A model generated the notes under the pieces. It searched no databases and was not told the DNA's origin. It saw only the letters and a list, made by a program, of their open reading frames with translations. The position numbers and the translations under genes were made by a program. This document shows positions 24,175-35,267 of a DNA stretch of 57,276 bases, piece after piece (within the stretch, counting starts at the first letter, position 1; every line of letters begins with the position of its first letter). The stretch spans positions 10,516,990-10,574,265 of the forward strand of contig NC_069003.1 of the NCBI RefSeq assembly GCF_001194135.2. The letters run 5' to 3'. Source of the DNA: Octopus bimaculoides. Lineage: Eukaryota.

Positions 24175-24590
24175 ACTTCTTTCAGTCATTGAACAGCGGC
24201 CATGCTGAGCCACCACCTTGAAGAAGGGTTTTTAAGTGAAACAAATCAACTCTCAACCCTAATTTTCTTTTCTGTTTTAGGGCCTGGTACCTATTCTATC
24301 AATCTCATATGCCAAACTGCTAAGTTATGGGGATGTAAACAAACTAACATCAGTTGTGAAGCCACAGTGGTTGACAAATACAACACAAAGACAAACACAC
24401 ACAGATACACACACACATATAAATAACAGGCTTTTTTCAGCCACCATCTACTAAATCTACTCACAAGGCTTTAAATACCTTGACATTATAGAAGAAGACA
24501 CTAGCCCAAGGTGCCATACAGTGGGACTGAACCCAAGACCACATGGTTGGGAAGCAAGCTTCTTAACCATACAACCACACTTGCACCTAA
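24175..24590 (-). mobile_element. Abundant SINE family D (tRNA-like head, internal TA/CA microsatellite), near-complete copy
   Basis: Shared motifs GGCACCTTGGGCAAGTGTCTTCTACTATAGCC, GAAACTGAAAGAAGCCC and GGTGCTCCAGCATGGCC..CAAATGACTGAAACAAGTAAAAG. Roughly 20 full or partial copies across the window (e.g. 90-355, 4235-4420, 6860-6990, 13790-14130, 32600-32950, 35040-35245, 41851-42020, 56780-57050). Confidence 0.8.
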
Positions 24591-24971
24591 AAATATTTTC
24601 AAACTTACATACATGACCAGCAATTTTCAGAGGTGGATTTAGTTATATTGACTCCAGCATTTGACTGGTACTGCATTTTGTTGAGAGAGAGAGAGAGAGA
24701 GAGAGAGTGATGAAGGGCAAAGTTGATCTTGGTAACATCTGAACTCGACATTTTTACAGACACTCCAACAATTCTGCCAAGCAATAATAATAATAATAAT
24801 AATAATAATAATNNNNNNNNNNNNNNNNNNNNNNNNNNNNNNNNNNNNNGTGTGTGTGCAAAATATTCAAAATTGCTTTGAAAAGTAAGTAAAAGTTAAA
24901 GGTGTGAAAATGAAAGCAAAAAACCCCGTCAGTTTACACTTTTACTTTATATTTCCATATTTTGGGCTTAA

Positions 24972-25565
24972 CCCTTTTGTTACCAGCCTCAGCTGAAACT
25001 GGCCCTGGCTCTGAGTACAAATGTCTTGTTTTCATAAGTTTTGAATTAAAATTTTCCACCAGACCTTAGTCACAATTTATGTTCCAAACACCAGCTTAAC
25101 CCTTTCACGACCAACCCAGCTGAAACCAGCTCTGGCTCTGAATACAAATGTCTTGTCTTCATAAGTTTTGAATTAAAATCTTCTACCAAACTTTAGTCAC
25201 AATTTATGTTCCTAACACAAGCTTAATGATAACTAAGTTATTTTACTAAATTCTTTGTTATATTTAGAATTAATTGAAAGAAACACTGAGTATCTCAACA
25301 GAAATAAGGTAACAAAAGGGTTAAAGGTACAATGATATTTTTAACCCGTTTGATACCAACCCAGCTGAAACCAGCTCTCGCTCTGAGAACAAATGTCTTG
25401 TTTTCATAACTTTTGAATTAAAATCTTCCATCAAACCTTAGTCACAATTTCTGTTCCTAACACTAGCTTAATGGTAACTAAGTTATTTTACAAAATACTT
25501 TGTTATATTTAACGGTAATTTAAAGAAACACAGAGCTTCTCAAAATAAATACAGTAATAAAAGGG
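24972..25565 (+). mobile_element. Three adjacent copies of a piggyBac-like MITE (one truncated, two of 221 bp)
   Basis: TTAA|CCCTTTTGTTACC starts at 24972, 25100 and 25345 (variant forms). GGTAACAAAAGGG|TTAA end at 25320 and a degenerate end at 25565. Confidence 0.65.
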
Positions 25566-26477
25566 TCAAAAGCCCTTTATCAAGAAACACATGAGGGATG
25601 GTGATGAGCTGGTATCATTTGCATAAATCAGTTGGAGTGGAGATATTACTATATCACATATGAACTTACATATTACATATGTAAATGTATATGTAATACC
25701 ATGTAGCACTCAACATGCATTATATTAAATTAATATTGATTTCAAATTTTGGCACAAGGATAGGAGCTAAGTTGATCATATCAACCCCAGGGATCAATTG
25801 GTACTTATTTTATCAACCCCAAAAAGACAAAAGACAAAATTGACCACAGTAGAATTTGAACTCAGAACATGATGAAATGCCACTAAGTATTTTGCCTGAT
25901 GTGCTAACGATTCTGCCAACTCACCACCTCAAATTAATTTTGTTTTCACACAGCCATGCTTATTGAAAAGCTTCCTTATTTTCCATGTTGTGAGTGGAAT
26001 AGATAGATGGAAAGTAAATAGGAGCTTGTCATGTGTATGTATGGAAGGCAGACATATGCGTGTGAGTGTGCATGCATGAATGTGCTTAAAAATGTGCACA
26101 AATTTTGGCACAAGGCCAGCAATTTTGGTGAGGGATTAAGTCGATTACATCAACCCCAGTGCTCAGCTGGTACTTATTTTATCAACCCCAAAAGGATGAA
26201 AGGCAAAGCCAACCTCAGCAGAATTTGAACTCAGAATGTAAAGACAGACAAAATGCTACTAAGCATTTTCGTCTGGAGTGCTAATGATTTTTCCAGTTCA
26301 CCACCCTGTATCAAATTAACATTAAAAATTAGTACTACTAATGTAACATTGATGATATGTAATATCATGTACATGTTGTACAGGATATTACATATGTACA
26401 TATTTTTAGTAATGTACCCTATGCACACATGTAGTACTTCCTCCATCATGCCTATCCAATGTAACCAAAATATAACG

Positions 26478-26803
26478 GTAAAGATCCCCTTTGATCATGA
26501 ATGACCATGGGATTGCAGCTAGAAAGTTCCCCTCCGAGGAACAAGTCTTATGGAAGACCAGCAGTCGCCCATGCATACCAGCGTCCTATCTCCATGCCAC
26601 TGATGTTATCCAAGGGAAAGACAAAGGTCGATACAGCTTGGGACCAGTGATGTCACAACTCATTTCTACAGCTGAGTGAACTGGAGCAACGTAAAGTAAA
26701 GTGTCTTGCTCAAGAACACAACACGCAACCCGGTCCAGGAATCAAACTCACAACCTCACGATTGTAAGCTCGACGCTCTAACCACTGAGCCATGCGCACC
26801 TTC
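26478..26803 (-). mobile_element. tRNA-derived SINE, family B, full length
   Basis: Minus strand head GCGCATGGCTCAGTGGTTAGAGCGTCGAGCTTAC..GTTTGATTCC (A and B boxes), followed by a non-tRNA body. Confidence 0.8.
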
Positions 26804-28236
26804 ATAACCAAAATATATTAACAGATTGCATGATACTATTCCAAAGACAAGCAATCCTGGTTTGCCAATGGGCTCTTAGCAGCATGTCATTCTAGTACAA
26901 AAAATAAAAAAAATAAAATAAACCATTGACATTAATTTCTCTTGTATGGAATTTCAGTATGGTAAAACCTGATGACAATACTTCTGTGAGGAACTTCCAC
27001 AGACAAACACTTAAACCTTGAACAATTTCAGAATCCAATAGAACTTTGATCTGAATCAAGAACAAAGACTACCTTCTGAGTTTCCTCGAGGGGTTAGTGT
27101 ACATTATCTCTCAGATACTAGCGTTTCATTTTATAGATCTCTACTGTTTCTTTCCTAAATGTCATCCCTTGTATAAGCAATTGGGTGAATGTTGGACTTA
27201 GCTCTTTACACTAGCACTGCATAGTATGTGTGTGTGTGTGTGTGCAGTTGATAAAGTGCTGGTTTGACAGCTCTGTTCCTTTCTACAGTATCACAGTGTG
27301 TTGGTAACCAAGACGATACATGAGCAAATCAGGGAAATCATTCTACTTGCTAAAAATAACAGTTAACTTTTGGCAACACAACAGTGCCAATAATATATAT
27401 TTTACTCTTCCTCTAAAAATAAACATGTACCTGTTTATTTTATTTTATTTTATTTACGTGTCTTTTTTTTTCTTTTTTTTTGGGGGGGGGAGGTTTACAC
27501 TTTCCCCTTGAAAAAGAAAATGAGGCTTTTATATTGCTTGAAAAATTAAACAGTACATCTATTGCTGATTAAATTAGAACTAGCAGATGGTATTATTTTT
27601 AAAACTGAAGTGTGGACAAAATACAGAGAAAGATAGGGAGAAAGAGGAAAAGAGGAAGAGACTGACAAATGACATAATAATCCTTTCGACTATAGGCACA
27701 TCATCATCATCGTTTAACGTCCGCTTTCCATGTTAGCATAGGTTGGACAATTTGACTGAGGACTGGTGAACCAGATGGCTACATTAGGCTCCAATCTGAT
27801 TTGGCAGAGTTTCTACAGCTGGATGCCCTTCCTAACACCAACCACTCCGAGAGTGTAGTGGGTGCTTTTACGTGTCACCGGCACGAAGGCCAGTCAGGCG
27901 GTACTGGCACAAGGCATGGAATTTAAGGGCTGGGGGTTAGTTGATTACATCAACCCCAATACTTGACTGGTACTTATTTTGTCAACCCCAAAAAGATGAA
28001 AGGTACCCCTATGGATGTGTTGCAGTTACTCTCTTCATATATCTTTGTGATTTCTGACCATTGATCTTCTAGGGTTCCTCTGCTCAGCAACAATATTAGA
28101 AGCAATGTTGGCTCAGCTGAGCTTTTCCACAACCTCGTCGCAATCCACCATGCTGCAGTCCCATGACTTTGCCATATCTCAGGCAAGGTGGCTGAATGGG
28201 TGCTATGCCTTGCCAAAGGAAAGCTCTGGTGGGAAA

Positions 28237-28583
28237 TGTGGAGGTGCAATGGCCCAGTGGTTAGGGCAGCGGACTCGCGGTCATAGGATCGCGGTTTCGA
28301 TTCCCAGACCGGGCATCGTGAGTGTTTATTGAGCGAAAACACCTAAAAGCTCCATGAGGCTCCAGCAGGGGATGGTGGTGAACCCTGTTGTACTCTTCCA
28401 CCACAACTTTCTCTCACTCTTACTTCCTGTTTCTGTTGTGCCTGTAATTCAAAGGGTCAGCCTTGTCACACTGTGTCACGCTGAATATTCCCGAGAACTA
28501 CGTTAAGGGTACACGTGTCTGTGGAGTGCTCAGCCACTTGCACGTTAATTTCACGAGCGGGCTGTTCCGTTGATCGGATCAAC
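28237..28583 (+). mobile_element. tRNA-derived SINE, family A, 3'-truncated
   Basis: A-box TGGCCCAGTGGTTAGG and B-box GGTTTCGATTCCC. Homology stops at GATCGGATCAAC. Confidence 0.85.
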
Positions 28584-29175
28584 CGGTGGGAATTGTGCCA
28601 CCGGAGAGGGAAACTGTCAGCGGGAATTGTGCCGCTGGCAGAGCAGTGTGAAGTCCCTCCCTCCAAGGAGGAGGAGGAGGAGTCTCTCCTTCTGTACGTC
28701 TAGAAAGGGACTATAAAAAGGTTCTTGGACAGGGAGTGCGGCCAGGAAAGATCCTTCTCGGCTTGCACGACCAGTTCAACATGGCCTCCGCAGGTAGCTG
28801 TGGAGGTCGTAACTGGTAGGATCTTGTCAAGAATAAGGTCCAACTTTGACAAGAATGATTTTATCTGCCTCGTCACAGACTCCAACCTGTCAATGCGGAC
28901 TTGTCTGCAGGCAGCTGTGATGGGGCGAATTGATTAACTTGTGACTGGTTGTTTTGTTTTTTGAACTTCGTAGTATTGATGTTATTATTGTAATATTATA
29001 TTGTAATTATTGAACAAAGGTTTTCGAGGGGTTACCAGTCGGTGGGCGCTGGTGCCCCTCTCATTTTCTTTCATCTATGTTTTTTTCTCATTTCTCATTA
29101 ATGTACTTGTCCAGCCCAGGCTTCTTGCCATTCTATGTACAGCCCTTGTGGCTAATCTAAATGAAATGAAATAAA
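28584..29175 (+). mobile_element. Probable 3' end of an L1/Tx1-like LINE fused to the truncated SINE
   Basis: GC-rich, ORF-like stretch to 28937, then a T-rich UTR ending ...TACAGCCCTTGTGGCTAATCTAAATGAAATGAAATAAA. Family assignment is by general resemblance only. Confidence 0.35.
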
Positions 29176-30574
29176 GGAAAGCCATTAACTACTCAGAGTA
29201 TAGCTGTCACTCCATTAGGTATTTTCAAAATACCCGCTTACTCTAACCTACAGCATATATATGCGTATATTTGTGTGTGTGTGTGTGTGTGTGTGTATTG
29301 TGTATAAGATAACAAACATGACCCATTATTTCTTTTNNNNNNNNNNNNNNNNNNNNNNNNNNNNNNNNNNNNNNNNNNNNNNNNNNNNNNNNNNNNNNNN
29401 NNNNNNNNNNNNNNNNNNNNNNNNNNNNNNNNNNNNNNNNNNNNNNNNNNNNNNNNNNNNNNNNNNNNNNNNNNNNNNNNNNNNNNNNNNNNNNNNNNNN
29501 NNNNNNNNNNNNNNNNNNNNNNNNNNNNNNNNNNNNNNNNNNNNNNNNNNNNNNNNNNNNNNNNNNNNNNNNNNNNNNNNNNNNNNNNNNNNNNNNNNNN
29601 NNNNNNNNNNNNNNNNNNNNNNNNNNNNNNNNNNNNNNNNNNNNNNNNNNNNNNNNNNNNNNNNNNNNNNNNNNNNNNNNNNNNNNNNNNNNNNNNNNNN
29701 NNNNNNNNNNNNNNNNNNNNNNNNNNNNNNNNNNNNNNNNNNNNNNNNNNNNNNNNNNNNNNNNNNNNNNNNNNNNNNNNNNNNNNNNNNNNNNNNNNNN
29801 NNNNNNNNNNNNNNNNNNNNNNNNNNNNNNNNNNNNNNNNNNNNNNNNNNNNNNNNNNNNNNNNNNNNNNNNNNNNNNNNNNNNNNNNNNNNNNNNNNNN
29901 NNNNNNNNNNNNNNNNNNNNNNNNNNNNNNNNNNNNNNNNNNNNNNNNNNNNNNNNNNNNNNNNNNNNNNNNNNNNNNNNNNNNNNNNNNNNNNNNNNNN
30001 NNNNNNNNNNNNNNNNNNNNNNNNNNNNNNNNNNNNAAATCTCCCACATTACACCATACTTACCCGTAAAGATAGGCTGTGTGGAAAGAAGTTTGCTTCC
30101 CAACCACATGGTTCAGCTGCCCTTGATGAATTCTGCCCAACCCATGCAAATACAGAAACGTGGACATTAAAATGATGATTATGGTGATGATGATAATGAA
30201 AGGATAATATGCAAAGTTAACCATGATGGCATTTGAACTCAGAACATTAAGATGGACAAAATGTCACGGAGCATTTCACCCATCATGATAACAGTTCTGC
30301 CAGTTCACCACTTTAGCCATCAGGTAATATTACATAACATGGAAGCAGGTGAGGACTAGAGACAGGAAAGCCATCCAGCTGCAGAAGGTTTGTTTCAACA
30401 AATTCTATCCGATCCATGCAAATACGGAAAGGTGAATGTAAAACAATGACAATGATGATGATGCTGATGATGAAAGAATGAAAGGCAAAGTTGACCAAGG
30501 CAGGGTTTGAACTCAGAATGCTAATTTTGGAAATAAGTACAATAACGCTTTCTATACAACTCTCTTATGACCCT

Positions 30575-30854
30575 GCCGATTGCTTGCCCTTTCCCTAGTT
30601 GTGTAGTGCTCGAGAAAAAAATGAGATAGCCATACTTTATAAACCCTTTATCAGGGACTGGTCAAACAGTCAGGGCTCATTAGGGGCTAAAAACAACAAT
30701 ATTAGTAACTCATTGCTGATTGTTTGCCCTTTCCCTAGTTGTGTAGTATTCAAGAAAAATATGGGATAGCCATACTTTGTAAACCCTTTATCAGGGACTG
30801 GTCAAACAGTCAGAGCTCATTAGGGGCTAAAAACAACAACATTAGAAACTCATT
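30575..30854 (+). repeat. Direct tandem duplication, 140-bp unit x2
   Basis: Units start GCCGATTGCTTGCCCTTTCCCTAG (30575) and GCTGATTGTTTGCCCTTTCCCTAG (30715); roughly 90% identical by eye. Confidence 0.9.
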
Positions 30855-31621
30855 GGTGGAAAACAACCAACCAAAAATAAAAAGCAGAACAGGAGCAAAT
30901 GCTTGAAATGTTAATTTTGACCATGAAGATGATATGATAACATGAATAAATAAATACAAAACCCCAGTCATCAGTATATGATTAAAAATAATCCGAAGGC
31001 CAAGCCTTCAGCAAAAACAACAGAGCCAATAATAAATTACAGGATGTAACATTATAACGATGGTGTTTGCATGCTTATGAGTTTGTGAATGTATAAATAC
31101 TTTATTAATGAATGCATGTATGGTTTGTCGTTAAGTTCCTGGTCAACCCTGACTGAGCAGAACTATGATTAAAGAATTATAGAAGTTCTAGACACAGTCA
31201 GCCAGTCATTTAATATATAACAAGGACAACACTGTCCAATATGTTTGCTTCCCTATTTAGATAATAGTGTGTGTGTGTGTGTGTGTCAGTCATCGTTTAA
31301 CATCCTCCTTCCATGTCGGCATGGGTTGGAAGGTTTGACAGGGACTGGCCAGGCAGAAGCCTGGGCCATACTTCCATGTCTGTTTTAAAAATATTCACAC
31401 ATACATACACATATGTATATATGTATGTATGTATGTATATTTTTTTAGGTAGAGGTGTGGTTGTGTGGTTAAAACCTTGCTTCCCAGCCAGATGGTCTCA
31501 GGTTCAATATCAATGCACGGCACCATGGGCAAGTGCCTTCTACTATAACCCCCAAGCTAAATAAAGCCTGAGAGTGGATCTGGTAGATGGAAACTGGAAG
31601 AGGATCATCAGCTATATATAC

Positions 31622-31661
<40 letters not shown>

Positions 31662-31682
31662 AGGTATAATAATAATAATAAT

Positions 31683-32280
31683 CCTTTCTACTATAGGCAC
31701 AAGGCCTGAAATTTGGGGGGTAGGGGACCAGTCGATTACATCGATCCCAATCTTTCAGTGGTACTTAATTTATCAACCCTGAAAGGATGAAAGGCAAAGT
31801 CGATCCCAGAGGAATTTGAACTCAGAACGTAGCGATGGGCGAAATGCCGCTAAGCATTTCACCCAGCGTGCTAATGATTCTGCCAGCTCACAGCCTCATA
31901 TAATACTAATAATCCTTTGTACACAAGGCCTGAAATTTCAGGGAGGGAGATAGTCAATTACATCGACCCTCAGTCCTCCACAGGTACTTATTTTATTGAC
32001 CCTGAAAGGATGAAAGGTAAAGCTAGCCTCAGCGGAATTTGAACTCAGAAATGTAAGGACAGACAAAATGCTGCTAAGTATTTTTCCCTGGGGTGCTAAT
32101 GATTCTGCCAGCTCACTGCCTTATTACTACTACTAATAATAATGGTTTTAAAATTTGGCAGAAGGCCGGCAACTTCGGGCAAACGGTAAGTCGATTACAT
32201 TACCCCCAATGCTCAACTGTTACTTATTTTATCGACCACAAAAGGATGAAAGGTGAAGTTGACCTTAGCAGTATTTGAGC
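31683..32280 (-). mobile_element. Three head-to-tail copies of SINE family C
   Basis: Repeated AAGGATGAAAGG(C/T)(A/G)AAG...GAATTTGA units about 210-230 bp apart, separated by (AAT)n. Confidence 0.75.
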
Positions 32281-32949
32281 TAAAAATGAGTTCAAATACT
32301 GACTAGGATTATAGAAGTTCTAGTCGTAGTCACCCAGTCGTTTTTGTATATAACAAGGTCAACATTGTCCAATAAGTCTGTGTTTTTTCTTTTTTTTTAA
32401 CTGATGGTGAGAGTGTGCAAATGTAGATATGTGTACACAGAAGAATTCAAAAGAACATATCTGTCGGAAGATATGTTGACAAGAAACGTCAACAACCACC
32501 ACTGTTCATAGATCAATCACAAACAATGACATCACTGTTTGTGACTGTAGCCTTTGCACAGTTTTACAAACATTCTCTCTCTCTCTCTCTCACACACACA
32601 CCTTTTTATTCTTTTACTTGTTTCAGTCATTTGACTGGCAATGCTGGAGCACCACCTTAAAGGGTTTTAGTTGATGAAATCAACCCCAGGACTTATTCTT
32701 TGTCAGTACTTATTTCATCAGTCTGTTTTGCTAAACCACTAAGTTACAGGGACATAAACACACCAGAATCGGTTGACAAGTGATGGTGGCAGGACAAATA
32801 CACATACATACATACATACATACATTCAAAAGGCTTTGGTCAGCCCAAGGCTATAGTAGAAGACACTGGACCAAGGTGCCATGCAATGGGACTGAACCCA
32901 GAACCATGTGGTTGAGAAGCAAACTTCTTACCACACAGCCATGCCTACA

Positions 32950-32987
<38 letters not shown>

Positions 32988-33022
32988 AATTTAAGGATTG
33001 GAGAAAACGCATGTTATAATTG

Positions 33023-33121
33023 CATACTTTATTCCTACATATGTTTCAAAGGATTACAACCTGTGTGATCCATAGGGATCTTTGATATTAAAATTGTAAC
33101 CTTCTCATCAGGGAAAGCATG
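33023..33121 (-). ncRNA. Extended type I hammerhead ribozyme
   Basis: Minus strand: CAUGCUUUCC-CUGAUGA-G-AAGGUUACAA..[GAUCC cuau GGAUC]..UUGUAAUCCUU-U-GAAAC AUAU GUA|GGAA UAA AGUAUG. Stem I is 4 bp, a 3-nt bulge, then 6 bp. Stem II is 10 bp with one bulge. Stem III is the palindrome ACAUAUGU; GUA triplet at 33038-33036. Confidence 0.85.
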
Positions 33122-33407
33122 GGAATNNNNNNNNNNNNNNNNNNNNNNNNNNNNNNNNNNNNNNNNNNNNNNNNNNNNNNNNNNNNNNNNNNNNNNNNNN
33201 NNNNNNNNNNNNNNNNNNNNNNNNNNNNNNNNNNNNNNNNNNNNNNNNNNNNNNNNNNNNNNNNNNNNNNNNNNNNNNNNNNNNNNNNNNNNNNNNNNNN
33301 NNNNNNNNNNNNNNNNNNNNNNNNNNNNNNNNNNNNNNNNNNNNNNNNNNNNNNNNNNNNNNNNNNNNNNNNNNNNNNNNNNNNNNNNNNNNNNNNNNNN
33401 NNNNNNN

Positions 33408-33449
<42 letters not shown>

Positions 33450-33481
33450 TTATATGTGTACATATATAAGTACGTTCATCA

Positions 33482-33525
33482 GTGCCTGATGAATGTGCTT
33501 ATGTACGTGAAACTATTAGTAACAT
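33482..33525 (+). ncRNA. Minimal type I hammerhead ribozyme motif
   Basis: CTGATGA 33486-33492; stem II ATGTGC ttat GTACGT (the adjacent inverted half-copy gives ACGTAC, i.e. a perfect 6-bp consensus); GAAAC 33509-33513; ACTA-T-TAGT stem III; GUA at 33519-33521. Stem I is weak. Confidence 0.7.
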
Positions 33526-33603
33526 ATAATATAGTAATATTAGACTCTAGCATGGGTGGGAATGTGTGTGTGTGTATATACATGCACACGTGTGTGCGTA
33601 TAC

Positions 33604-33634
<31 letters not shown>

Positions 33635-34104
33635 TATTGGTATGTATAAGAGGTTTCATTCAGTTTCTTTCTACTAAATTCCTTTACAAGGCATTGGTTG
33701 GCCTATTGACCAGGGACTACTGACAGAAGACTCTTGTCCTGCAGATACAAAGATAAACTGCGAAAAACAAAGAATTTTATCCTATGAGGTTGATCTGTTG
33801 TTAAATTGAGTCAACAGAAGACATTGCCAGGATTTTGGAACAAACAAACTCAAAGACTCAGTCTTCAGCATCACTGATAATGCCATTATTGTATGAAGCA
33901 CTAGCATGGAAAATGGGAGCTAAATGATGATGATGATATATACACACAAGCACACATGCACTAGGCTTCTGTACAGTTTCCAGTCTACCAAATTTCTCTC
34001 TCAAGACTAAACTAAAGCAGTGAGAGAAATGAAGGTGCCACACAGCAAGTCCAAACAAGAAACCACATGTTTGTTAAGTAAATTTCTTAAGCACAGAGCC
34101 TTGC

Positions 34105-34147
<43 letters not shown>

Positions 34148-35267
34148 TACGTATATTAAATGAGACTTGGCTGTTATTTCTAGGAAGTTGAGCAACCATA
34201 TAAGACTCTTGTAGGCTTGTACATGTATGTTTGTATCCCCACGTGAAGTATACATGTGCAAATGTGTGTGTGAGCGTGAATGCCTTCACNNNNNNNNNNN
34301 NNNNNNNNNNNNNNNNNNNNNNNNNNNNNNNNNNNNNNNNNNNNNNNNNNNNNNNNNNNNNNNNNNNNNNNNNNNNNNNNNNNNNNNNNNNNNNNNNNNN
34401 NNNNNNNNNNNNNNNNNNNNNNNNNNNNNNNNNNNNNNNNNNNNNNNNNNNNNNNNNNNNNNNNNNNNNNNNNNNNNNNNNNNNNNNNNNNNNNNNNNNN
34501 NNNNNNNNNNNNNNNNNNNNNNNNNNNNNNNNNNNNNNNNNNNNNNNNNNNNNNNNNNNNNNNNNNNNNNNNNNNNNNNNNNNNNNNNNNNNNNNNNNNN
34601 NNNNNNNNNNNNNNNNNNNNNNNNNNNNNNNNNNNNNNNNNNNNNNNNNNNNNNNNNNNNNNNNNNNNNNNNNNNNNNNNNNNNNNNNNNNNNNNNNNNN
34701 NNNNNNNNNNNNNNNNNNNNNNNNNNNNNNNNNNNNNNNNNNNNNNNNNNNNNNNNNNNNNNNNNNNNNNNNNNNNNNNNNNNNNNNNNNNNNNNNNNNN
34801 NNNNNNNNNNNNNNNNNNNNNNNNNNNNNNNNNNNNNNNNNNNNNNNNNNNNNNNNNNNNNNNNNNNNNNNNNNNNNNNNNNNNNNNNNNNNNNNNNNNN
34901 NNNNNNNNNNNNNNNNNNNNNNNNNNNNNNNNNNNNNNNNNNNNNNNNNNNNNNNNNNNNNNNNNNNNNNNNNNNNNNNNNNNNNNNNNNNNNNNNNNNN
35001 NNNNNNNNNNNNNNNNNNNNNNNNNNNNNNNNNNNTATATATGTGGGTTTGTGTGTCAGTGTTTGTCCCCCCAACATTGCTTGACAACCGATGCTGGTGT
35101 GTTTACGTCCCTGTAACTTAGTGGCTCAGCCAAAGAGACTGATAGAATAAGTATTAGGCTTACACAGAATAAGCTCTGGGGTCGATTTGTTCGACTAAAG
35201 GCGGTGCTCCAGCATGGCTGCAGTCAAATGACTGAAACAAGTAAAAGATAAAAAAATATTTGAAGCA

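Noticed and set aside
26965-27020. CTGATGA followed by a TCTGTG/CACAGA hairpin
   Set aside because: Followed by CAAAC rather than GAAA, with no stem I. Too degenerate to call a hammerhead.
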